64,000 nt of DNA from the NCBI GenBank assembly GCA_964187785.1, contig OZ076418.1:55304001-55368000 (forward strand). The letters are read 5' to 3'. The DNA is from Amphiscolops sp. MND2022. Taxonomy: Eukaryota. The notes beneath the pieces were generated by a model. That model saw only the letters and a program-made list of their open reading frames with translations. It was not told the origin of the DNA and did no database searches. Of the stretch, positions 33,890-46,126 are shown piece after piece (the stretch's first letter is position 1; each line of letters opens with the position of its first letter). The position numbers were made by a program, and so were the translations under genes.

Positions 33890-36819
33890 ATCTATAAGGG
33901 TCAATAGGAGAAATCCGGAGGCGGAGGCAGAACTGAAGGGGCAGAGGAGACAGGCAAATGAGAATAAGTTAAGCCTAATGAGGGATAATCTGGGTCACAG
34001 GGGCTCTGGTCAGGGTGACTGGTGGGGCAGAACGGTCAAGTACGTTTGGAGTAGATGCTTTGTGGGAGTTTGTGCTGCGCAAGCTTTGGATAGGCCGTGA
34101 GGCTAATTAGAGTAAGTTGGGCCTAATGCTAGGGAGGATTTGTTATCCTGCGGGCTAGGCTATTCGGATGAATTGAGTGTAGCGTGACACCAAGTCACAG
34201 GCTTTCGCTCACTTGCTGGTTGGGCAGGTGGGATATATTGTTTTGCAAGAATTAATGCTTTTAGGCTGAGTAGCCGAAGGGTGCTGAAATCGTAGGCTGA
34301 AAAGGCTGGATATGCTGTCAGCTAAAACAGACCAGTGGAATTCGGATTTGCTTTGGCAAAAAAGGTTTCAACGATTCCCTTGACACCAAAGCGCTTCGAG
34401 CTTTTAATACCGAAAGAAACGTGTTTTTTTAATGAAAATGAGAAATGACAACTTATAGGGTCCATTTCATTGCTTGTTTGATTTGTCAGTGATGGGGGAT
34501 TGGATTTAAAGTTATACTATTTTGAAATATACCTCCAGTTGGCGAGAGACAATGAGGTATGGAAGTTGTTTGTCTTTCTTGCACGTGGGATGCCATTTGG
34601 GCTTGTATTTCTAGAAAAAAACAAATTTATTCAAGGGTCTCAGTATACGGTCAAGTAATTTTTTAAATCGAATATGAAAGTTGAAATTAACCGTCGGGCG
34701 CTTGCTCAGTGGTGATTTGTACTGAATATTCGATTGTTTGTCTTTCTTGCATGTGGGATGCCATTTGGGCTTCTATTTCTAGAAAAAAAAAACAAATTTA
34801 TACAAGGGTCTCAGAATACGGTCAAGCAATTTTTTAAATCGAATATGAAAGTTGAAATTAACCGTCGGGCGCTTGCTCAGTGGTGCTTTGTACTGAATAT
34901 TCGATTGTGTCTTTCTTGCACGTGGGATGCCATTTGTGCTTCTATTTCTAGAAAAAAAAACAAATTTATACAAGGGTCTCAGAATACGGTCAAGCAATTT
35001 TTTAAATCGAATATGAAAGTTGAAATTAACCGTCGGGCGCTTGCTCAGTGGTGCTTTGTACTGAATATTCGATTGTGTCTTTCCTGCACGTGGGATGCCA
35101 TTTGTGCTTCTATTTCTAGAAAAAAAAACAAATTTATACAAGGGTCTCAGAATACGGTCAAGCAATTTTTTAAATCGAATATGAAAGTTGAAATTAACCG
35201 TCGGGCGCTTGCTCAGTGGTGCTTTGTACTGAATATTCGATTGTTTGTCTTTCTTGCACGTGGGATGCCATTTGTGCTTCTATTTCTAGAAAAAAAACAA
35301 ATTTATACAAGGGTCTCAGAATACAGTCAAGCAATTTTTTATCAGAATTTCCTTAATCTTTTTCTAACTCGAAAATCTTTTTCATACTGCGTTATTAGAA
35401 TTTCCTTGAAATTTTCATGATCAAAAATATTTTCATAATGCGTTATCAGAATTTCCTTAACCTTTTTCTAGCTCCGAAGTATTTTTCATACTGTGTTATC
35501 AGAATTCTCAAACTTCTAATTTAAATTTTTTCCAGGTCTCTGCCACAGTCGCTTAAAAATAAGATCGCTTAGAAATAGAAACTCAACAAAAGTATCGGCG
35601 CACAGTTAAAATTGCTGAAATGCGTCTTTTGAGTGATTTTGGAAGTTTTTTATCCATACAAAAAAATTTGCATAACCAATGACAAGATCGAGAAAATCCA
35701 AGAAATTGGTAACTAACATCTTAGAATCCAAAACACTAAGACGTCACCGATTTTTGGTTCTTCTATCCAAAATGTCCAAACATTTGTCTTTGCCTAATTT
35801 GTCTCAGAGTGTCATAAAGTTGTTTGAAACTTAATTGCATTGTCACTTTTGTGCCATAATCGCATTAATATGTCCGAAAGAGGTGTAAGTTCATATAAAT
35901 ACTTACACTACTTGTTTGACGTTTTCAATTTGTTAAGAAAGGGGGCCGGATGCTGTTGGAAGCGGTGTTCGTGGGAATAATTCGAAATTAATTACTCAAA
36001 TCACTCAAGAAACTGATCAGTTTTTTTGGTGTCTTCGTAAATTCAAACTCATCAAATAATTCTAAAATCTTGTTCTGTATGTTCTAAAAAGATATAACAG
36101 TATTTAAGACTGGGACCAGACTACAACCTGTTCATATTTATTACTTGAAACAGATCATTGTATTTTTTTAAATTCTAAAACAATTTTCAAAATTATAGTC
36201 CGGGACCAGACTAGAACCTGTTCAAATATAGTACTTGAAACATATCGTTGTAAGTTTACATTCTAGAACGATTTTCAAAATTATAGTCCGGGACCAGACT
36301 AGAACCTGTTCAAATTTAGTACCTGAAACATATCGTTGTAAGTTTACATTCTAGAACGATATTCGGAATTTGAGTCCGGCACCAGACTAGAACCTGTTCA
36401 AATATAGTACTTGAAACATATCGTTGTAAGTTTACTTTCTAGAAAGATATTCGGAATTTTAGTCCGGGACCAGACTAGAACCTGTTCAAATATAGTACTT
36501 GAAACATATCGTTGTAAGTTTAACATTCTAGAACGATTTTCAAAATTTTAGTCCGGGACAGACTAGAACGTGTTGCCCACACTGGTCGATATTTAAGTTC
36601 AACTAAAAATTTAACTTCAAAAAAATATCTCATCATTCAAAAACAGTCAATTCAATTGAAGGAATTTGATAATTCAAACAGAGATAATACAACAGAAGAT
36701 AATACAACATAGATAACAACTGAATTCTATATGGTTATTCAAAATTCAATGGTGTAAACAACGAAACAAAAGTAACCGCCCCCCCGCATCGGTTGTAGTT
36801 AATGAGGATCCCAACTGGG

Positions 36820-38079
36820 TTACCAGTTGAGATTAGGGAACTCGCCACCCCTGGCCACGGCTCCAACCACTTGCCTCAGGGTGGTATTTGCATCTGCTGC
36901 GTTCGACCCTGCTCTAGTTTGGTATGGGGTCACAGGCGCATCTGCAGGGGCAGTGTTGTCCAAGTTAAAGGTCACTGCATTGTTATTTGCCCCAGTGAGG
37001 TTCTTCATGAAATACATGCATGTGAAGTTCATCTGGAGTTGTGTCACCAGCCACATGGCAGTTGAACCAGCGTCCCTGTCAGTTGTGGCAAGGTTCCAGC
37101 TGCCTGAGTTGACCTCGTAGGTGTACTGTGCATTGATGGCCGCCACTATGTCTTTTATTTTAAGCAAGGTGAGTACTGAGGCCTTGCCACTCGTTGGTCC
37201 GAATATGTTGAGGCAGACATCAGCCTTTAAGCCAGTCAGGTTGAACGGGTGTCCATAAAGGCCACCAACTGGACAGACTGGCCAGCCGAGTTCCCTCAAG
37301 TCTCTTATCAGCAGGTTAGTTACCACCCTGCCTGGCTTGACCTGGAATGCCCTGAGGTACTTCTTCACCTTGGGATCAGAGAGCTTGTCAAGCATGTATG
37401 CTGCAATGAACGGGTATATGCACTCGTTGACAGCATTGTTGTTTTCTGCAGCAACCGTCGCTGCCAGTGCATCATAGGCTTCCTTCACTCCACATGCTGT
37501 GGCCATCGCTTCTCCTTCGGCTGCAGTCTTGGCGCCTCTTGAGACTCCGTTCTTAATCCTCCGTTCACATCTGGGGAACATCTGTGCAGCCATTGCAGGG
37601 TCGAGGTCATAAATCTCGTTGAATTCATCAAAGTACTCAGGCCCCACAGCTTCTGCATTGCGGTTGTTGGCATTTAGCCTCTTCTTGGCAGCTATCCCGG
37701 TGACTATTGCGGCCAGGTTGACCATCTGGTCATTAGGAATATTTGCCAAGTTGATGTTGGCGGGCACTGGTGCCAGAAACATGTCGTATAGGCCATGCTT
37801 CACAATGAACTTGCCTATAATCAGCAATAGCTTCTTGTAGTGGGCCGATCGCAAATTGGGATCATTTGCAATCGGGTACTCCAAAATGCTCTTGAAGATC
37901 GCCTCATACAGTGCTGTTCTGGCTGCTTCAGGCGCGGCGTTTATCCCCTGCACCATCAGAAGAGCATTTTGTCTCACTGGCTCATTTTGGGGACTATCAT
38001 TTATGAGGGTCGCCATCTGTCGGCGGTGAGCAGCATCCCTTGCTGCTCTGCCATTATTTGCTACTGCTGCTTCCGCCAT
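36820..38079 (-). CDS. Array ORF copy 9, unknown 419-aa protein
   Basis: Intact ORF. Confidence 0.8.
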   Translation of the reverse strand: MAEAAVANNGRAARDAAHRRQMATLINDSPQNEPVRQNALLMVQGINAAPEAARTALYEAIFKSILEYPIANDPNLRSAHYKKLLLIIGKFIVKHGLYDMFLAPVPANINLANIPNDQMVNLAAIVTGIAAKKRLNANNRNAEAVGPEYFDEFNEIYDLDPAMAAQMFPRCERRIKNGVSRGAKTAAEGEAMATACGVKEAYDALAATVAAENNNAVNECIYPFIAAYMLDKLSDPKVKKYLRAFQVKPGRVVTNLLIRDLRELGWPVCPVGGLYGHPFNLTGLKADVCLNIFGPTSGKASVLTLLKIKDIVAAINAQYTYEVNSGSWNLATTDRDAGSTAMWLVTQLQMNFTCMYFMKNLTGANNNAVTFNLDNTAPADAPVTPYQTRAGSNAADANTTLRQVVGAVARGGEFPNLNW

Positions 38080-41010
38080 ATCTATAAGGGTCAATAGGAG
38101 AAATCCGGAGGCGGAGGCAGAACTGAAGGGGCAGAGGAGATAGGCAAATGAGAATAAGTTAAGCCTAATGAGGAATAATCTGGGTCACAGGGGCTCTGGT
38201 CAGGGTGACTGGTGGGGCAGAACGGTCAAGTACGTTTGGAGTAGATGCTTTGTGGGAGTTTGTGCTGCGCAAGCTTTGGATAGGCCGTGAGGCTAATTAG
38301 AGTAAGTTGGGCCTAATGCTAGGGAGGATTTGTTATCCTGCGGGCTAGGCTATTCGGATGAATTGAGTGTAGCGTGACACCAAGTCACAGGCTTTCGCTC
38401 ACTTGCTGGTTGGGCAGGTGGGATATATTGTTTTGCAAGAATTAATGCTTTTAGGCTGAGTAGCCGAAGGGTGCTGAAATCGTAGGCTGAAAAGGCTGGA
38501 TATGCTGTCAGCTAAAACAGACCAGTGGAATTCGGATTTGCTTTGGCAAAAAAGGTTTCAACGATTCCCTTGACACCAAAGCGCTTCGAGCTTTTAATAC
38601 TGAAAGAAACGTGTTTTTTTAATGAAAATGAGAAATGACAAATTATAGGGTCCATTTCATTGCTTGTTTGATTTGTCAGTGATGGGGGATTGGATTTAAA
38701 GTTATACTATTTTGAAATATACCTCCAATTGGCGAGAGACAATGAGGTATGGAAGTTGTTTGTCTTTCTTGCACGTGGGATGCCATTTGGGCTTCTATTT
38801 CTAGAAAAAAAAACAAATTTATTCAAGGGTCTCAGTATACGGTCAAGTAATTTTTTAAATGAATATGAAAGTTGAAATTAACCGTCGGGCGCTTGCTCAG
38901 TGGTGCTTTGTACTGAAGCTGCGATTGTTTGTCTTTCTTGCACGTGGGATGCCATTTGTGCTTCTATTTCTAGAAAAAAAAACAAATTTATACATGGGTC
39001 TCAGAATACGGTCAAGAATTTTTTAAATCGAATATGAAAGTTGAAATTAACCGTCGGGCGCTTGCTCAGTGGTGATTTGTACTGAATATTCGATTTTGTC
39101 TTTCTTGCACGTGGGATGCCATTTGGGCTTCTATTTCTAGAAAAAAAAACAAATTTATACAAGGGTCTCAGAATACGGTCAAGCAATTTTTTAAATCGAA
39201 TATGAAAGTTGAAATTAACCGTCGGGCGCTTGCTCACTGGTGCTTTGTACTGAATATTCGATTGTTTGTCTTTCTTGCACGTGGGATGCCATTTGTGCTT
39301 CTATTTCTAGAAAAAAAAAACAAATTTATACAAGGGTCTCAGAATACGGTCAAGCAATTTTTTAAATCGAATATGAAAGTTGAAATTAACCGTCGGGCGC
39401 TTGCTCAGTGGTGCTTTGTACTGAATATTCGATTGTTTGTCTTTCTTGCACGTGGGATGCCATTTGTGCTTCTCTTTCTAGAAAAAAAACAAATTTATAC
39501 AAGGGTCTCAGAATACAGTCAAGCAATTTTTTATCAGAATTTCCTTAATCTTTTTCTAACTCGAAAATCTTTTTCATACTGCGTTATTAGAATTTCCTTG
39601 AAATTTTCATGATCAAAAATATTTTCATAATGCGTTATCAGAATTTCCTTAACCTTTTCCTAGCTCCGAAGTATTTTTCATACTGTGTTATCAGAATTCT
39701 CAAACTTCTAATTTAAATTTTTTCCAGGTCTCTGCCACAGTCGCTTAAAAATAAGATCGCTTAGAAATAGAAACTCAACAAAAGTATCGGCGCACAGTTA
39801 AAATTGCTGAAATGCGTCTTTTGAGTGATTTTGGAAGTTTTTTATCCATACAAAAAAATTTGCATAACCAATGACAAGATCGAGAAAATCCAAGAAATTG
39901 GTAACATCTTAGAATCCAAAACACTACGACGTCACCGATTTTTGGTTCTTCTATCCAAAATGTCCAAACATTTGTCTTTGCCTAATTTGTCTCAGAGTGT
40001 CATAAAGTTGTTTGAAACTTAATTGCATTGTCACTTTTGTGCCATAATCGCATTAATATGTCCGAAAGAGGTGTAAGTTCATATAAATACTTACACTACT
40101 TGTTTGACGTTTTCAATTTGTTAAGAAAGGGGGCCGGATGCTGTTGGAAGCGGTGTTCGTGGGAATAATTCGAAATTAATTACTCAAATCACTCAAGAAA
40201 CTGATCAGTTTTTTGGTGTCTTCGTAAATTCAAACTCATCAAATAATTCTAAAATCTTGTTCTGTATGTTCTAAAAAGATATAACAGTATTTAAGACTGG
40301 GACCAGACTACAACCTGTTCATATTTATTACTTGAAACAGATCATTGTATTTTTTTAATTCTAAAACAATTTTCAAAATTATAGTCCGGGACCAGACTAG
40401 AACCTGTTCAAATATAGTACTTGAAACATATCGTTGTAAGTTTACATTCTAGAACGATTTTCAAAATTATAGTCCGGGACCAGACTAGAACCTGTTCAAA
40501 TTTAGTACTTGAAACATATCGTTGTAAGTTTACATTCTAGAACGATATTCGGAATTTTAGTCCGGCACCAGACTAGAACCTGTTCAAATATAGTACTTGA
40601 AACATATCGTTGTAAGTTTACATTCTAGAACGATATTCGGAATTTTAGTCCGCGACCAGACTAGAACCTGTTCAAATATAGTACTTGAAACATATCGTTG
40701 TAAGTTTAACATTCTAGAACGATTTTCAAAATTTTAGTCCGGGACAGACTAGAACGTGTTGCCCACACTGGTCGATATTTAAGTTCAACTAAAAATCTAA
40801 CTTCAAAAAAATATCTCATCATTCAAAAACAGTCAATTCAATTGAAGGAATTTGATAATTCAAACAGAGATAATACAACAGAAGATAATACAACATAGAT
40901 AACAACTGAATTCTATATGGTTATTCAAAATTCAATGGTGTAAACAACGAAACAAAAGTAACCGCCCCCCCCCCCCGCATCGGTTGTAGTTAATGAGGAT
41001 CCCAACTGGG

Positions 41011-42270
41011 TTACCAGTTGAGATTAGGGAACTCGCCACCCCTGGCCACGGCTCCAACCACTTGCCTCAGGGTGGTATTTGCATCTGCTGCGTTCGACCC
41101 TGCTCTAGTTTGGTATGGGGTCACAGGCGCATCTGCAGGGGCAGTGTTGTCCAAGTTAAAGGTCACTGCATTGTTATTTGCCCCAGTGAGGTTCTTCATG
41201 AAATACATGCATGTGAAGTTCATCTGGAGTTGTGTCACCAGCCACATGGCAGTTGAACCAGCGTCCCTGTCAGTTGTGGCAAGGTTCCAGCTGCCTGAGT
41301 TGACCTCGTAGGTGTACTGTGCATTGATGGCCGCCACTATGTCTTTTATTTTAAGCAAGGTGAGTACTGAGGCCTTGCCACTCGTTGGTCCGAATATGTT
41401 AAGGCAGACATCAGCCTTTAAGCCAGTCAGGTTGAACGGGTGTCCATAAAGGCCACCAACTGGACAGACTGGCCAGCCGAGTTCCCTCAAGTCTCTTATC
41501 AGCAGGTTAGTTACCACCCTGCCTGGCTTGACCTGGAATGCCCTGAGGTACTTCTTCACCTTGGGTTCAGAGAGCTTGTCAAGCATGTATGCTGCAATGA
41601 ACGGGTATATGCACTCGTTGACAGCATTGTTGTTTTCTGCAGCAACCGTCGCTGCCAGTGCATCATAGGCTTCCTTCACTCCACATGCTGTGGCCATCGC
41701 TTCTCCTTCGGCTACAGTCTTGGCGCCTCTTGAGACTCCGTTCTTAATCCTCCGTTCACATCTGGGGAACATCTGTGGAGCCATTGCAGGGTCGAGGTCA
41801 TAAATCTCGTTGAATTCATCAAAGTACTCAGGCCCCACAGCTTCTGCATTGCGGTTGTTGGCATTTAGCCTCTTCTTGGCAGCTATCCCGGTGACTATTG
41901 CGGCCAGGTTGACCATCTGGTCATTAGGAATATTTGCCAAGTTGATGTTGGCGGGCACTGGTGCCAGAAACATGTCGTATAGGCCATGCTTCACAATGAA
42001 CTTGCCTATAATCAGCAATAGCTTCTTGTAGTGGGCCGATCGCAAATTGGGATCATTTGCAATCGGGTACTCCAAAATGCTCTTGAAGATCGCCTCATAC
42101 AGTGCTGTTCTGGCTGCTTCAGGCGCGGCGTTTATCCCCTGCACCATCAGAAGAGCATTTTGTCTCACTGGCTCATTTTGGGGACTATCATTTATGAGGG
42201 TCGCCATCTGTCGGCGGTGAGCAGCATCCCTTGCTGCTCTGCCATTATTTGCTACTGCTGCTTCCGCCAT
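41011..42270 (-). CDS. Array ORF copy 10, unknown 419-aa protein
   Basis: Intact ORF. Confidence 0.8.
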   Translation of the reverse strand: MAEAAVANNGRAARDAAHRRQMATLINDSPQNEPVRQNALLMVQGINAAPEAARTALYEAIFKSILEYPIANDPNLRSAHYKKLLLIIGKFIVKHGLYDMFLAPVPANINLANIPNDQMVNLAAIVTGIAAKKRLNANNRNAEAVGPEYFDEFNEIYDLDPAMAPQMFPRCERRIKNGVSRGAKTVAEGEAMATACGVKEAYDALAATVAAENNNAVNECIYPFIAAYMLDKLSEPKVKKYLRAFQVKPGRVVTNLLIRDLRELGWPVCPVGGLYGHPFNLTGLKADVCLNIFGPTSGKASVLTLLKIKDIVAAINAQYTYEVNSGSWNLATTDRDAGSTAMWLVTQLQMNFTCMYFMKNLTGANNNAVTFNLDNTAPADAPVTPYQTRAGSNAADANTTLRQVVGAVARGGEFPNLNW

Positions 42271-44866
42271 ATCTATAAGGGTCAATAGGAGAAATCCGGA
42301 GGCGAAGGCAGAACTGAAGGGGCAGAGGAGATAGGCAAATGAGAATAAGTTAAGCCTAATGAGGGATAATCTGGGTCACAGGTGCTCTGGTCAGGGTGAC
42401 TGGTGGGGCAGAACGGTCAAGTACGTTTGGAGTAGATGCTTTGTGGGAGTTTGTGCTGCGCAAGCTTTGGATAGGCCGTGAGGCTAATTAGAGTAAGTTG
42501 GGCCTAATGCTAGGGAGGATTTGTTATCCTGCGGGCTAGGCTATTCGGATGAATTGAGTGTAGCGTGACACCAAGTCACAGGCTTTCGCTCACTTGCTGG
42601 TTGGGCAGGTGGGATATATTGTTTTGCAAGAATTAATGCTTTTAGGCTGAGTAGCCGAAGGGTGCTGAAATCGTAGGCTGAAAAGGCTGGATATGCTGTC
42701 AGCTAAAACAGACCAGTGGAATTCGGATTTGCTTTGGCAAAAAAGGTTTCAACGATTCCCTTGACACCAAAGCGCTTCGAGCTTTTAATACTGAAAGAAA
42801 CGTGTTTTTTAATGAAAATGAGAAATGACAACTTATAGGGTCCATTTCATTGCTTGTTTGATTTGTCAGTGATGGGGGATTGGATTTAAAGTTATACTAT
42901 TTTGAAATATACCTCCAATTGGCGAGAGACAATGAGGTATGGAAGTTGTTTGTCTTTCTTGCACGTGGGATGCCATTTGGGCTTCTATTTCTAGAGAAAA
43001 AAAAACAAATTTATTCAAGGGTCTCAGTATACGGTCAAGTAATTTTTTAAATGAATATGAAAGTTGAAATTAACCGTCGGGCGCTTGCTCAGTGGTGCTT
43101 TGTACTGAAGCTGCGATTGTTTGTCTTTCTTGCACGTGGGATGCTATTTGGGCTTCTATTTCTAGAAAAAAAAACAAATTTATACAAGGGTCTCAGAATA
43201 CGGTCAAGCAATTTTTTAAATCGAATATGAAAGTTGAAATTAACCGTCGGGCGCTTGCTCAGTGGTGCTTTGTACTGAATATTCGATTGTTTGTCTTTCT
43301 TGCACGTGGGATGCCATTTGTGCTTCTATTTCTAGAAAAAAAAAACAAATTTATACAAGGGTCTCAGAATACAGTCAAGCAATTTTTTATCAGAATTTCC
43401 TTAATCTTTTTCTAACTCGAAAATCTTTTTCATACTGCGTTATTAGAATTTCCTTGAAATTTTCATGATCAAAAATATTTTCATAATGCGTTATCAGAAT
43501 TTCCTTAACCTTTTTCTAGCTCCGAAGTATTTTTCATACTGTGTTATCAGAATTCTCAAACTTCTAATTTAAATTTTTTCCAGGTCTCTGCCACAGTCGC
43601 TTAAAAATAAGATCGCTTAGAAATAGAAACTCAACAAAAGTATCGGCGCACAGTTAAAATTGCTGAAATGCGTCTTTTGAGTGATTTTGGAAGTTTTTTA
43701 TCCATACAAAAAAATTTGCATAACCAATGACAAGATCGAGAAAATCCAAGAAATTGGTAACTAACATCTTAGAATCCAAAACACTAAGACGTCACCGATT
43801 TTTGGTTCTTCTATCCAAAATGTCCAAACATTTGTCTTTGCCTAATTTGTCTCAGAGTGTCATAAAGTTGTTTGAAACTTAATTGCATTGTCACTTTTGT
43901 GCCATAATCGCATTAATATGTCCGAAAGAGGTGTAAGTTCATATAAATACTTACACTACTTGTTTGACGTTTTCAATTTGTTAAGAAAGGGGGCCGGATG
44001 CTGTTGGAAGCGGTGTTCGTGGGAATAATTCGAAATTAATTACTCAAATCACTCAAGAAACTGATCAGTTTTTTGGTGTCTTCGTAAATTCAAACTCATC
44101 AAATAATTCTAAAATCTTGTTCTGTATGTTCTAAAAAGATATAACAGTATTTAAGACTGGGACCAGACTACAACCTGTTCATATTTATTACTTGAAACAG
44201 ATCATTGTATTTTTTTAAATTCTAAGACAATTTTCAAAATTATAGTCCGGGACCAGACTAGAACCTGTTCAAATATAGTACTTGAAACATATCGTTGTAA
44301 GTTTACATTCTAGAACGATTTTCAAAATTATAGTCCGGGACCAGACTAGAACCTGTTCAAATTTAGTACTTGAAACATATCGTTGTAAGTTTACATTCTA
44401 GAACGATATTCGGAATTTTAGTCCGGCACCAGACTAGAACCTGTTCAAATATAGTACTTGAAACATATCGTTGTAAGTTTACTTTCTAGAAAGATATTCG
44501 GAATTTTAGTCCGGGACCAGACTAGAACCTGTTCAAATATAGTACTTGAAACATATCGTTGTAAGTTTAACATTCTAGAACGATTTTCAAAATTTTAGTC
44601 CGGGACAGACTAGAACGTGTTGCCCACACTGGTCGATATTTAAGTTCAACTAAAAATCTAACTTCAAAAAAATATCTCATCATTCAAAAACAGTCAATTC
44701 AATTGAAGGAATTTGATAATTCAAACAGAGATAATACAACAGAAGATAATACAACATAGATAACAACTGAATTCTATATGATTATTCAAAATTCAATGGT
44801 GTAAACAACGAAACAAAAGTAACCGCCCCCCCGCATCGGTTGTAGTTAATGAGGATCCCAACTGGG

Positions 44867-46126
44867 TTACCAGTTGAGATTAGGGAACTCGCCACCCCTG
44901 GCCACGGCTCCAACCACTTGCCTCAGGGTGGTATTTGCATCTTCTGCGTTCGACCCTGCTCTAGTTTGGTATGGGGTCACAGGCGCATCTGCAGGGGCAG
45001 TGTTGTCCAAGTTAAAGGTCACTGCATTGTTATTTGCCCCAGTGAGGTTCTTCATGAAATACATGAATGTGAAGTTCATCTGGAGTTGTGTCACCAGCCA
45101 CATGGCAGTTGAACCAGCGTCCCTGTCAGTTGTGGCAAGGTTCCAGCTGCCTGAGTTGACCTCGTAGGTGTACTGTGCATTGATGGCCGCCACTATGTCT
45201 TTTATTTCAAGCAAGGTGAGTACTGAGGCCTTGCCACTCGTTGGTCCGAATATGTTGAGGCAGACATCAGCCTTTAAGCCAGTCAGGTTGAACGGGTGTC
45301 CATAAAGGCCACCAACTGGACAGACTGGCCAGCCGAGTTCCCTCAAGTCTCTTATCAGCAGGTTAGTTACCACCCTGCCTGGCTTGACCTGGAATGCCCT
45401 GAGGTACTTCTTCACCTTGGGATCAGAGAGCTTGTCAAGCATGTATGCTGCAATGAACGGGTATATGCACTCGTTGACAGCATTGTTGTTTTCTGCAGCA
45501 ACCGTCGCTGCCAGTGCATCATAGGCTTCCTTCACTCCACATGCTGTGGCCATCGCTTCTCCTTCGGCTGCAGTCTTGGCGCCTCTTGAGACTCCGTTCT
45601 TAATCCTCCGTTCACATCTGGGGAACATCTGTGCAGCCATTGCAGGGTCGAGGTCATAAATCTCGTTGAATTCATCAAAGTACTCAGGCCCCACAGCTTC
45701 TGCATTGCGGTTGTTGGCATTTAGCCTCTTCTTGGCAGCTATCCCGGTGACTATTGCGGCCAGGTTGACCATCTGGTCATTAGGAATATTTGCCAAGTTG
45801 ATGTTGGCGGGCACTGGTGCCAGAAACATGTCGTATAGGCCATGCTTCACAATGAACTTGCCTATAATCAGCAATAGCTTCTTGTAGTGGGCCGATCGCA
45901 AATTGGGATCATTTGCAATCGGGTACTCCAAAATGCTCTTGAAGATCGCCTCATACAGTGCTGTTCTGGCTGCTTCAGGCGCGGCGTTTATGCCCTGCAC
46001 CATCAGAAGAGCATTTTGTCTCACTGGCTCATTTTGGGGACTATCATTTATGAGGGTCGCCATCTGTCGGCGGTGAGCAGCATCCCTTGCTGCTCTGCCA
46101 TTATTTGCTACTGCTGCTTCCGCCAT
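44867..46126 (-). CDS. Array ORF copy 11, unknown 419-aa protein
   Basis: Intact ORF. Confidence 0.8.
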   Translation of the reverse strand: MAEAAVANNGRAARDAAHRRQMATLINDSPQNEPVRQNALLMVQGINAAPEAARTALYEAIFKSILEYPIANDPNLRSAHYKKLLLIIGKFIVKHGLYDMFLAPVPANINLANIPNDQMVNLAAIVTGIAAKKRLNANNRNAEAVGPEYFDEFNEIYDLDPAMAAQMFPRCERRIKNGVSRGAKTAAEGEAMATACGVKEAYDALAATVAAENNNAVNECIYPFIAAYMLDKLSDPKVKKYLRAFQVKPGRVVTNLLIRDLRELGWPVCPVGGLYGHPFNLTGLKADVCLNIFGPTSGKASVLTLLEIKDIVAAINAQYTYEVNSGSWNLATTDRDAGSTAMWLVTQLQMNFTFMYFMKNLTGANNNAVTFNLDNTAPADAPVTPYQTRAGSNAEDANTTLRQVVGAVARGGEFPNLNW